A stretch of DNA of 64,000 nucleotides from Bacteroidales bacterium (GTDB lineage: Bacteria; Bacteroidota; Bacteroidia; Bacteroidales; WRGA01), in contig JAVBLR010000008.1 in NCBI GenBank assembly GCA_031553395.1, positions 50,486 through 114,485 on the forward strand, read 5' to 3'. Shown piece after piece: positions 8,165-16,286 of the stretch (the stretch's first letter is position 1; each line of letters begins with the position of its first letter). The translations under genes were made by a program, and so were the position numbers. The notes under the pieces were generated by a model, which was not told the origin of the DNA, ran no database searches, and was given only the letters and a program-made list of their open reading frames with translations.

Positions 8165-8632
8165 AACGATATTATATAAATTTCACATAATAATATTTTA
8201 CCTCTTCATTTAAAAATGAAATGCGAATTTTAGTTTTTCTTTTAAAACTAATTTAAAATTGCTTTTAATAGAAACATACAGACAAAACACCCCCTATCCT
8301 CCCAAAATACCCCCTCCACCCATCTATTATCTATTATATAAATAAAGACTGTAAGAGATGGTACAGTACCCATATATCCCCCTTATATATCGAAAGTATA
8401 AAACAAAAGTTTATGTAAACTTTGGTACAGAATAAAGCAGTCGAGCGATTAATAAAACCCAAACCCAAGAAATAACTGAAATAATTTGTTTGCCGAATAG
8501 ATTCTGCCATTTTACCGAGTTCAGAATTAACAAACGGAAAATCTAAATAAATAAAAGAAATAACCTTATTATATAACCCGAAAATATAGCTGTTCCATGT
8601 GAACGGCTTTTTTCATTTAATGCAACATTATT

Positions 8633-9085
8633 ATGGAAAACATGTATCAAATAAACGAAGTAAAACTAAGCTACAAGCTAAAGCAAAGACCTTCCGAATG
8701 TCCAAAGATACAGGATAGTAAAACAACGTATGATTTATTGTTAAAGTGCTATGATACCGATACTATCGAATTAAGGGAAAGTTGTAAAGTACTGCTAATA
8801 AATAGGTCTAACAGCGTTTTAGGTGTTTTGAGCGCAAGTGAAGGCGGATTAACGGGAACAATAGTCGATATTAAACTAATCCTGCAATCTGCAATATTGA
8901 CTAACGCAAGTGGAGTTATCATTTCGCATAATCATCCAAGCGGAAATTTAACTACAAGTTCGCAAGATGACTTTATAACACGTCAATTAAAGAAAGCCTG
9001 TGATATAATGGATATTCAATTCTTAGACCATATAATTGTAACATCGGAAGGGTATTATAGTTATGCCGATGAAGGGAGATTATAA
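8633..9085 (+). CDS. radC: RadC-like JAB/MPN domain protein
   Basis: 'VIISHNHPSGNLTTSSQD' is the JAMM HxHPSG motif, and 'DHIIV' lies near the C-terminus. The size (150 aa) is typical of mobile-element RadC. Confidence 0.85.
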   Translation: MENMYQINEVKLSYKLKQRPSECPKIQDSKTTYDLLLKCYDTDTIELRESCKVLLINRSNSVLGVLSASEGGLTGTIVDIKLILQSAILTNASGVIISHNHPSGNLTTSSQDDFITRQLKKACDIMDIQFLDHIIVTSEGYYSYADEGRL

Positions 9086-9092
9086 AATACAT

Positions 9093-9118
9093 TTGCTTTA
9101 GAAAGTTCGCCAAATTTT
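9093..9118 (+). repeat. Site A: 26-bp repeat 'ttgctttagaaagttcgccaaatttt'
   Basis: This is a perfect direct repeat of 10057-10082. It lies 140 bp upstream of the recombinase ATG. Confidence 0.85.
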
Positions 9119-9258
9119 TTAATCTAAACAATGGGAAAACGATTAATGCCTGTACTTATCCAAGTGCGGACATTGTCGTTTTTTTAATCATTTGAAAGTG
9201 GCGTTTTAATGACGTTCGTTATTGTTCTGCTACTATTCTTTTATATAAATAAAGAGTT

Positions 9259-9936
9259 ATGAAATACGTAATATATTACAGGGTTTCAACAAAGAAACAA
9301 GCAAATAGCGGTTTGGGATTAGAAGCACAAAAAACGATAGTAGAGAATTATTTAAAAGGTAGTTCCATTGTCATTGCTGAATTTACCGAAGTTGAAACGG
9401 GAAAGAGTTCAAACCGTCCGCAATTGAATAATGCTTTGGCTTGTTGCAAAGAAAACAATGCTATTTTAATAGTAGCCAAATTAGACAGGCTTGCAAGGAA
9501 TCTACATTTTGTTACTTCATTACAGGCTGCAAACATTGATTTTATTTGTTGTGATATGCCAACTGCAACCCGTTTGACTATTCATATCATTGCAGCAATA
9601 GCAGAAAATGAAGCACAATTGATAAGTCAACGAACAAAACAGGCATTAGCAGAAAAGAAGAAACAGGGTATTAAATTAGGTAATCCACAAAACAACGGAT
9701 TAACGAAAGAGAATATCCTGAAAGGATGTAGCATAAGGAAAGAAAATGCTTTTTCAAACGAACAAAACAAGAAAGCGGGAACACTTGTAACCATGATGCG
9801 AAAAGGCGGTTCAAAATGGAGTGAAATAGTTCTGCAATTAAATCAAAACGGATTTAAGACAAGACGAAATTGCAATTTTGACATTACAGTTGTAAAGCGT
9901 TTATATGCACGTTATAACTTAGTATTAAATACTTAA
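9259..9936 (+). CDS. Small serine recombinase (resolvase/invertase family)
   Basis: 'YYRVSTKKQ...GLGLEAQ' is the catalytic-Ser N-terminal domain. 'VAKLDRLARN' and 'ENEAQLISQRTKQAL' are also present. A C-terminal helix-turn-helix-like tail follows. Confidence 0.85.
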   Translation: MKYVIYYRVSTKKQANSGLGLEAQKTIVENYLKGSSIVIAEFTEVETGKSSNRPQLNNALACCKENNAILIVAKLDRLARNLHFVTSLQAANIDFICCDMPTATRLTIHIIAAIAENEAQLISQRTKQALAEKKKQGIKLGNPQNNGLTKENILKGCSIRKENAFSNEQNKKAGTLVTMMRKGGSKWSEIVLQLNQNGFKTRRNCNFDITVVKRLYARYNLVLNT

Positions 9937-9949
9937 TGACTGAAAAGTG

Positions 9950-9979
9950 TTTGTTGGTTTAATGATTTTTGTATATTTG
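9950..9979 (+). promoter_or_regulatory. Bacteroidota-type promoter (-33 TTTG / -7 TATATTTG) reading toward the LRR operon
   Basis: TTTG lies at 9950-9953 and TAtaTTTG at 9972-9979, giving an 18-nt spacer. A stable hairpin (ttccgaa...ttcaa-agcg-ttgaa...ttcggaa, 9986-10017) starts at the predicted 5' end of the transcript. Confidence 0.5.
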
Positions 9980-10056
9980 CATCAATTCCGAAACGTTCAA
10001 AGCGTTGAAGTTCGGAAGGACATAATTAAGATAACGTAAGCGTTTAAGATATTACC

Positions 10057-10082
10057 TTGCTTTAGAAAGTTCGCCAAATTTT
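10057..10082 (+). repeat. Site B: second perfect copy of the 26-bp repeat
   Basis: Site B is identical to 9093-9118 and lies 120 bp downstream of the recombinase stop. A long imperfect palindrome (about 10090-10193) follows it. Confidence 0.85.
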
Positions 10083-10200
10083 CTCAAATTACGGAACAAG
10101 TGTAATAGACAACAAGAACGCTCACGTTTTTATTTGTATGTAACTATGTTATGTATAATAAAGGCGTGGGAGACTGTTGTTTATTTGTTCCGTTAGGTGT

Positions 10201-10221
10201 TTGGCGATACCTCTAAAGCAA
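10201..10221 (-). repeat. Site C: inverted imperfect copy of the 26-bp repeat core
   Basis: 'ttggcgatacctctaaagcaa' compared with the reverse complement 'ttggcgaactttctaaagcaa' gives 17/21 identical. All four mismatches cluster at the centre. Confidence 0.65.
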
Positions 10222-10310
10222 ATAAGACATTGACAGTGCTCTCACGCTTCTTTTATTTAATAACATTGCCTTTTTGGAGAGTGTAAAGGCAAATTAATAC
10301 AAATAAGATT

Positions 10311-10586
10311 ATGAATAAACAAAAAAATTACTCTGTTTTGACTGAGGAAGAATTTGCTAAAAAAGGTACTCAGCAAAATGCTACTTTAGTACAAGTATCA
10401 TTCCCAAATCAAGAATTCAATCCGATTTATTTAGATGTTTCTATATTGTATGAAAATAAAAGCATTGAAGAACGATTAGAAAAAGATGATAACTCTATTA
10501 CAATGTATATAAAGGAACTTGGATATTCATTTGATAATCTTTTAATTAGTTGGTTTATTCCTAAACATGTACAAAATGAAAACTAA
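10311..10586 (+). CDS. Hypothetical small protein (91 aa)
   Basis: This is an ORF only. It overlaps the start of the LRR gene by 20 nt, which suggests co-transcription. No motif was recognised. Confidence 0.35.
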   Translation: MNKQKNYSVLTEEEFAKKGTQQNATLVQVSFPNQEFNPIYLDVSILYENKSIEERLEKDDNSITMYIKELGYSFDNLLISWFIPKHVQNEN

Positions 10587-12471
10587 AACTACATTCAAAT
10601 CAATATTGATAATAATCTGTTTATTATTACAATTCAATTTAAAAGCGGCGGATTCTTCAGTTGTATTAAGTAATGTTAAGGCCGGTACATTAAGTTCTTT
10701 ATTAGGTAATAAAGCATATGGAACTACTGATTTAACTATTGCAGGAGAATTAAATGGAGCAGATATTAAAACTATTCGAGGAATGGCAAATCTAACAGTC
10801 CTTGATATTACAAATGCAAGAATAGTAAAAGGGGGAGGATTCTATTTACAAATGTACGAGGCTGGGAGTTATTTTACATATTACACTGATTATGACAAAT
10901 TACCTCATTATATGTTTTATAATTTGCAAAAATTAACAACAGTTAATCTACCAAATAGTATATATTCATTAGGAGAAAATGCCTTTTATGGGTGTACAAA
11001 TCTTACAACTGTTATAATACCGGATAATGTAATATATTTGGGGGATAATACTTTTAAAAATTGTAAAAAAATAATAAATATTGTGATTCCTAATAACATA
11101 ACATCAATTGGGTCAAGCGTTTTCTGGGGTTGCACAAGCCTAATAAATATTGAAATACCAAATAATGTAACTTTTATTGGACAATTCGCTTTTTATGAAT
11201 GTACAGGTTTAACAAATGTTACAATACCAAATAGTGTAACGTCGATTGGGAGCTCTGCTTTTTATGAATGTACAGGTTTAACTAATATTATTATTCCTAA
11301 TGGTGTTACCACAATTGGAGATGGTGCTTTTAGTCGATGTACAGGTCTAACAAATATTACAATACCAAATAGTGTAACGTCGATTGGGGTTTCTGCTTTT
11401 CGTGGTTGTTCAGAAATAAAAAGTTTTAAAGTAATGGAACAAAATTCAGCATACTCTACGATTGATGGAGTATTATTTGATAAAGAAAATACGACTTTAA
11501 TTGCATATCCTAATGCAAAAGGAAGTTCTTACACTATACCAAATAGTGTAACGTCGATTGAGAGCTCTGCTTTTTATGGTTGCACAGGTTTAACTAATAT
11601 TGTAATACCGAATAGTGTAACTTCGATTGGAATTTCTGCTTTTTATGAATGTACAGGTTTAACTAATATTGTCATACCTAATAGTGTAAAGAAAATTGAT
11701 TGGTCTACTTTTTATGAATGCACAGGTTTAACAAATGTTACAATCGGTAATAGTGTTACTTCGATTGGATATGAGGCTTTCCGTGGTTGCACAGGTCTAA
11801 TAAATATTATTATTCCTAATGGTGTTACCACAATTGGAGATGGTGCTTTTAGTCGATGTACAGGTCTAACAAATATTACAATCGGTAATAGTGTTACTTC
11901 GATTGGAGTTTTTGCTTTTTATGGTTGCACAGGTTTAACTAATATTGTAATACCGAATAGTGTTACTAAAATATATAAGGATGCATTCTCAATTTGTACA
12001 GGATTAACAAGCATTACTATTCCAAATAGTGTAACCAGTATTGAAAATGCTTTTACTAATTGTTCTGAACTAAAAGAAATATATAGTAAGAAATCTACTC
12101 CTCCAGCTATTAATACTAATTGTTTTTATGATGTTTTAAGAATATGCAAATTGTATATTCCAAAAGGCTCTTATAGTGCATATAGAGCAGCGCAAGGATG
12201 GAATTATTTTGTAAATATTATTGAAGAAGATGCAAATACAATTAACACTATCTATAACAACAACCTTAATTATCAAATTAATAATGGAGATTTACACATT
12301 CAAGATTTAGAATATGGCGCTTTTGTTCAATTATTTGATATTAATGGAAAAATAATAACCGAAGTCAATACAACTTCAAATAATGAACAAATCAAATTAC
12401 CACAAAGGGGTATTTATATAATCAAAGTACATTTTAATAATCAATTATTTACTCAAAAGGTTGTTTGGTAA
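10567..12471 (+). CDS. BspA-type leucine-rich-repeat surface protein with T9SS C-terminal sorting domain
   Basis: A signal peptide is followed by about 17 tandem 23-aa units of the form 'IPNSVTSIGxxAFxxCTGLTNIx'. The C-terminal ~80 aa beta-rich tail ('RGIYIIKVHFNNQLFTQKVVW') is typical of Por/T9SS CTDs. Confidence 0.8.
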   Translation: MYKMKTKTTFKSILIIICLLLQFNLKAADSSVVLSNVKAGTLSSLLGNKAYGTTDLTIAGELNGADIKTIRGMANLTVLDITNARIVKGGGFYLQMYEAGSYFTYYTDYDKLPHYMFYNLQKLTTVNLPNSIYSLGENAFYGCTNLTTVIIPDNVIYLGDNTFKNCKKIINIVIPNNITSIGSSVFWGCTSLINIEIPNNVTFIGQFAFYECTGLTNVTIPNSVTSIGSSAFYECTGLTNIIIPNGVTTIGDGAFSRCTGLTNITIPNSVTSIGVSAFRGCSEIKSFKVMEQNSAYSTIDGVLFDKENTTLIAYPNAKGSSYTIPNSVTSIESSAFYGCTGLTNIVIPNSVTSIGISAFYECTGLTNIVIPNSVKKIDWSTFYECTGLTNVTIGNSVTSIGYEAFRGCTGLINIIIPNGVTTIGDGAFSRCTGLTNITIGNSVTSIGVFAFYGCTGLTNIVIPNSVTKIYKDAFSICTGLTSITIPNSVTSIENAFTNCSELKEIYSKKSTPPAINTNCFYDVLRICKLYIPKGSYSAYRAAQGWNYFVNIIEEDANTINTIYNNNLNYQINNGDLHIQDLEYGAFVQLFDINGKIITEVNTTSNNEQIKLPQRGIYIIKVHFNNQLFTQKVVW

Positions 12472-12516
12472 TGTGAGCACATAATAATATAGTAAGTCAA
12501 ATTAAAAAACAAATGA

Positions 12517-13278
12517 ATGAAAACAAACAGATTAATTTCGGCTATGATTTTAGCCACAATATTTTTGAGTTTTACAGCTTGCAGTAATGACGATGATTCC
12601 ATAAATGGCGGAAACGGACAAAGTGGCAAGCGAGTTGCAAAAATTGTAAATGAATACGATGATTTTATTCGCACCGAAATATTTTCATACTCAAATGGTA
12701 AATTGTCTCACTATACAGCCAAATATGACAATAAAACAGGATATGAAAACAATCAAACAATTACTTATTCAGGTAATACAGTTGTTTTAAAAGGGTTGTT
12801 TGATGGAAGCGATTGTGTACAAACATATACTTTGAATAACAGCGGTTTGGCTACTTCCTGCAAGATTGTAAATAAAAATAGTGGCAGTGAGAAAGATTAC
12901 ATATTCCAATATTCAGATGGTTATTTGATAGGCATGTCGTTTGCTTATTCGAGTAAAGATTACAATTCGTCAGAAATATACATCTTTAATTATTCAAATG
13001 GAAATATGACGAAGCTAACTCATAAAGACAACTACGAAACCCGAACCTATTCTTTCACATATTACAATGATTTGAATAAAGGAAATATAATGAACGAATT
13101 TATGTCGGATGATTTGTTTGCTCATAGGGCAGCATTTTACGCTGGTATTTTGGGAAAAGCAACAAAAAATCTACCTAAGTCAAATGGACAATATGATGTT
13201 GTTTATTATTTGGATAATGACGGATATGTAAAGACTGCTACAGATGTAGAGTATAAATATACATATACGTATGAATAA
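12517..13278 (+). CDS. Lipoprotein with repeated Y-x-Y-S/N-x-G beta-hairpin motifs
   Basis: The lipobox is 'LSFTACSND'. Repeats include 'FSYSNGKLSHY', 'YTLNNSGLATS', 'FQYSDGYLIGM', 'FNYSNGNMTKL' and 'YYLDNDGYVKT'. Confidence 0.6.
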   Translation: MKTNRLISAMILATIFLSFTACSNDDDSINGGNGQSGKRVAKIVNEYDDFIRTEIFSYSNGKLSHYTAKYDNKTGYENNQTITYSGNTVVLKGLFDGSDCVQTYTLNNSGLATSCKIVNKNSGSEKDYIFQYSDGYLIGMSFAYSSKDYNSSEIYIFNYSNGNMTKLTHKDNYETRTYSFTYYNDLNKGNIMNEFMSDDLFAHRAAFYAGILGKATKNLPKSNGQYDVVYYLDNDGYVKTATDVEYKYTYTYE

Positions 13279-13301
13279 GAAATATCTATGTTAAGATTAT
13301 G

Positions 13302-13332
13302 ACGGCAAGTGTGAGAATCATTTGCCGTTTTT
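13302..13332 (+). terminator. Rho-independent-type terminator
   Basis: The stem acggcaa (13302-13308) / ttgccgt (13322-13328) is followed by tttt. Confidence 0.6.
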
Positions 13333-13462
13333 GAATAAAATAGAGTTAAGTAAATTTTTCATTAATTATCTTGGAAAACTATTGTCAGTTAAACCGTGAG
13401 TTAAACCAGTAAAAACTTGAACATATTTTCAAGCAAAAACAAACAACAAGGTAATTGCATAA

Positions 13463-13578
13463 GCCGCTATAGCTCAGTGGTAAGCCTTGGAAGACGAGGC
13501 TCCGCCGAGTCTTTTAAGGCCGAAGGGAGCAACGCATTCGTAACGCGTAGGTCACGAGTTCGAGTCTCGTTAGTGGCT
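13463..13578 (+). tRNA. tRNA-Thr (anticodon CGU) interrupted by a 44-nt insertion between D-loop A21 and D-stem G22
   Basis: The tRNA parts are acceptor gccgcta/tagtggc, D-stem gctc...gagc, D-loop agtggta, anticodon arm acgca-ttCGTaa-cgcgt and T-arm acgag-ttcgagt-ctcgt. Removing 13483-13526 yields a canonical 72-nt cloverleaf. No CCA is encoded. Confidence 0.7.
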
Positions 13579-13584
13579 CTTGAG

Positions 13585-13625
13585 AATAAAGCAGTTACAT
13601 AAATGTGACTGCTTTATTATTTTTG
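13585..13625 (+). terminator. Rho-independent terminator after the tRNA
   Basis: The stem aataaagcagt (13585-13595) / actgctttatt (13608-13618) is followed by a T-run. Confidence 0.7.
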
Positions 13626-13721
13626 GAGGAAAAGGGAGATTTAGGTGGTTTTATGCAAGTTGTGTCACAAATGTGTCAACCATGAACGCAAATAAATTAA
13701 GTACATGATATAAAAATTACC

Positions 13722-13729
13722 TACATTTG
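13722..13729 (+). promoter_or_regulatory. -7 box TAcaTTTG upstream of the PhnB-like gene
   Basis: The sequence is an exact TAnnTTTG match, 33 nt upstream of the ATG at 13762. Confidence 0.4.
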
Positions 13730-13761
13730 CACCTAATGTCAAACATGTAAAACAACCAATT

Positions 13762-14199
13762 ATGTCAGTAAAATTAAACAACTACCTTTCTTTTGATGGA
13801 AAATGTGCCGAAGCATTTGCCCTTTATGAAAAAGCTTTTAATGTGACGGTCTTATCGTCTTGCACTTATGGACAAGAAGAAGAGATGGCTAAGAACTTGC
13901 CGGAAGAAGATAAAAAGAAGATATTACATTGTTACATGCCTATAAATGAGCATGTCGCATTAATGGGTGCAGATATTGTGGAAGGATGTGGAGGCGTTAA
14001 ATTAGCAATTGGCAACAATATGTCAATCAATATTTCTCCATCAACCGAAGATGAAGCAAAGCGTATTTTTACAGTATTGTCGGAAGGTGGAAAAGTTATT
14101 ATGCCTCTCGAAAAAACATTCTGGAATGCTTTATACGGAATGTTTGTTGATAAGTTTGGAATAAGCTGGATGATTAATTATTCATACGATAAAATGTAA
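13762..14199 (+). CDS. PhnB-like / VOC (glyoxalase-fold) family protein
   Basis: The N-terminal 'YLSFDGKCAEAFALYEKAF' and the C-terminal 'DKFGISWMIN' are typical of the PhnB / 3-demethylubiquinone-9 3-methyltransferase-domain family. 145 aa. Confidence 0.7.
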   Translation: MSVKLNNYLSFDGKCAEAFALYEKAFNVTVLSSCTYGQEEEMAKNLPEEDKKKILHCYMPINEHVALMGADIVEGCGGVKLAIGNNMSINISPSTEDEAKRIFTVLSEGGKVIMPLEKTFWNALYGMFVDKFGISWMINYSYDKM

Positions 14200-14259
14200 T
14201 AATCAGAAAATAACAATTGACAACGAATATCCAAATCGTTGTAAATTGTCCATTGTCAG

Positions 14260-15096
14260 CTATCCATTATTTAAGTGTACATCCAATTGCGGAAAAGGGA
14301 AACTCAACCCATGCTTACCGAATTCGATGTACACTTTCTCATTCAGGTCGCATTGTAAAGGAAATACATTCGAAGAATCAGCCCAAAAACGAGCTAATAT
14401 TTTCACCGAACTATCTGCCAAGTTACTTAAATATACGATTGGTACCGGCTCTTGATGAATACGTTCATCCTTATTCAACATATCCAACAGAACTTTACGG
14501 GCTTTTTCAACATCATTTCCATACGATATTCCGAATGTACAATCAATGCGCCTTACTCCTTCCTGATTGAAGTTCGTGATAACGCCATTAGACAGTGTAC
14601 CATTCGGCAAGTAAACAATTTTATTTTCCGCAGTTTTCATGCGTGTAGTAAAAATGAAGATATCCTGGATTGTTCCGGAAAATCCACTTTGCGTTTCGAT
14701 AAAATCGCCGACTTTAAAAGGTTTAAACAAAAGAATTACCACTCCACCTGCGAAGTTTTGCAATGTTCCCGACAAAGCCATACCGATTGCCAATGAGGCA
14801 GCACCAAGAATTGCAACAATGGAAGTCATTTCGATTCCAACTGTAGTGAGAACAATAACCACAACTAATATCTTCAAAATGATACTAATCAATGATGATA
14901 AGAAACTCGACAACGATGGTTCAACATCCCTCGCAATCATTACTTTTCTAAATGACTTTGTGATTTTTTTTGCCAACCACATTCCAACAATTAAAATAGC
15001 AACTGCAAGGATAAATTTCACTCCGAATTTTATAGCCGAATCGATATAGCTTTCAAAGTGAGTAGTAATTTGATTGATTTCCGAAATATTATTCAT
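14260..15096 (-). CDS. Small-conductance mechanosensitive channel (MscS family)
   Basis: Three N-terminal TM helices are followed by 'FKPFKVGDFIE...GTIQDIFIFTTRMKTAENKIVYLPNGTLSNGVITNF'. Confidence 0.85.
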   Translation of the reverse strand: MNNISEINQITTHFESYIDSAIKFGVKFILAVAILIVGMWLAKKITKSFRKVMIARDVEPSLSSFLSSLISIILKILVVVIVLTTVGIEMTSIVAILGAASLAIGMALSGTLQNFAGGVVILLFKPFKVGDFIETQSGFSGTIQDIFIFTTRMKTAENKIVYLPNGTLSNGVITNFNQEGVRRIDCTFGISYGNDVEKARKVLLDMLNKDERIHQEPVPIVYLSNLADSSVKILARFWADSSNVFPLQCDLNEKVYIEFGKHGLSFPFPQLDVHLNNG

Positions 15097-15217
15097 AATG
15101 ACATTGTTATTTGATGTATGTCAATAAATTAGGTTAGAATTTCTGTATTAGACAAAAGAAAAAGAATAGACTTAAAACAAATAAATAGCCTCTTATATTA
15201 ATTACATATCCGATCAA

Positions 15218-16066
15218 TCAGCAATCAAAACTATATGCCGATTCTCCGACACATTTCACAAATTCTCCTTTTCCTGCTTTAGATGATAAAAACAATACAA
15301 CTGCTTTATCTTCGTAATCGCGCGACACATCAAATATGAAATCAGGTTTTCCATCTTCATCCAAATCACCAACCCAAAGTAACTTAACAAAAGTATGGTT
15401 AAAACTCGGTATAGCGATAAGGAGTTGTTCTTCTTGTACACCTTTTTTGGATAAATAAAGTTTATAGTTTACAACTTCATCCCGATCTTGAAGTTCATCA
15501 GGATCATCTATTAAATAAGAATATGGCTCATCCGATTTCACAGTAAAACCATCCCCTCTTAATGTATATTGTTCATGATTGAATTCAAATGAAGATTTTT
15601 CTCCTACCCAAACATATTTCTTTTTTACAGGAATTGTCTTTATTTGATTATTAGAAAACTGTAATCCCTTAATCAACAATATGCAATCCCTGTCGGAAGA
15701 AACGCTTGTCGTAGAATCCTGAAGACAATCGTCGTAAAATTTATCAATTGTAATGTTGGCTTTTTCCAAATAATGATTTTTAGAAACAGAATCCTGATAG
15801 AAGTCAAACCAATTCTCCGAAAGCATGTGGTAAAAATCAGAAGGTTCATAACCTCTATATCCTGCTGGTAATACTATCTCAATGCCTTCATTCGACACAA
15901 CAGGCAATTCTATTGTATCAATTTTCACCTTCAAATTGCTATCTTCAAGAGAAACAGAATCAATTTCAGATGTTGTTTGTTCAGAAGAATTATCCGTTTT
16001 CTTTTGTCCGCATGATAACATCGAACAAAAAATAAGTATAAATGGAAGAGTTATTTTATTTCTCAT
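15218..16066 (-). CDS. Hypothetical lipoprotein
   Basis: The signal peptide carries the lipobox 'MLSCGQKK'. No catalytic motif was recognised. Confidence 0.55.
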   Translation of the reverse strand: MRNKITLPFILIFCSMLSCGQKKTDNSSEQTTSEIDSVSLEDSNLKVKIDTIELPVVSNEGIEIVLPAGYRGYEPSDFYHMLSENWFDFYQDSVSKNHYLEKANITIDKFYDDCLQDSTTSVSSDRDCILLIKGLQFSNNQIKTIPVKKKYVWVGEKSSFEFNHEQYTLRGDGFTVKSDEPYSYLIDDPDELQDRDEVVNYKLYLSKKGVQEEQLLIAIPSFNHTFVKLLWVGDLDEDGKPDFIFDVSRDYEDKAVVLFLSSKAGKGEFVKCVGESAYSFDC

Positions 16067-16223
16067 AATTTTGTATTAAAACGTCACAAATGTACTATTT
16101 TATATTCTGATGATTAATTTATGCTATACAAACTTGATTTTAAAGAATAAAATGACTCTGACAAATATTTGAAAAAGAATAAATCTATCAGTCAAGATTT
16201 CATTTATTCATAATTAAACATTT

Positions 16224-16259
16224 CTGTCATAAATTCGTAACATTCTCACCTTTCCTTTG
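16224..16259 (+). promoter_or_regulatory. Pho-box-like direct repeats plus -7-like box upstream of the porin gene
   Basis: 'CTGTCAT-aaat-TCGTAAC' (16224-16241) closely matches the E. coli Pho box CTGTCATA(A/T)A(T/A)CTGTCA(C/T). The -7-like 'ttcctttg' starts 10 nt downstream, the same spacing as at pstS. Confidence 0.55.
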
Positions 16260-16286
16260 TAGCGAAATTTTAACAAAAAAGAAACA

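Noticed and set aside
10083-10200. The B-C segment was considered as a classical invertible promoter.
   Set aside because: Neither strand of the segment contains a TAnnTTTG -7 box, and the segment is largely palindromic, so inversion would change little. The recombination-site interpretation is kept as a lower-certainty finding instead.
10990-12060. Regularly spaced ~69-bp repeats could be mistaken for a CRISPR array or a non-coding tandem repeat.
   Set aside because: The repeats are in frame within a long ORF and encode canonical 23-aa BspA-type leucine-rich repeats. There are no unique spacers and no cas genes nearby.
1-13462. The idea was that the whole accessory block is a genomic island integrated into the tRNA-Thr gene.
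   Set aside because: The island lies on the 5' side of the tRNA. I saw no duplicated tRNA 3'-end (att) sequence within the window and no tyrosine integrase. The left boundary is outside the window, so this cannot be supported.
13417-13602. A 61-aa ORF covers the tRNA region.
   Set aside because: The sequence is explained by the tRNA-Thr cloverleaf, its insertion and the terminator. The translated product is Arg/Ser-rich nonsense.
14217-15049. Several plus-strand ORFs (14217-14570, 14246-14455, 14452-14796, 14639-15049) lie opposite the MscS gene.
   Set aside because: They are antisense to a gene with unmistakable MscS motifs. They have no recognisable motifs and their composition is low-complexity or unusual, so they are treated as shadow ORFs.
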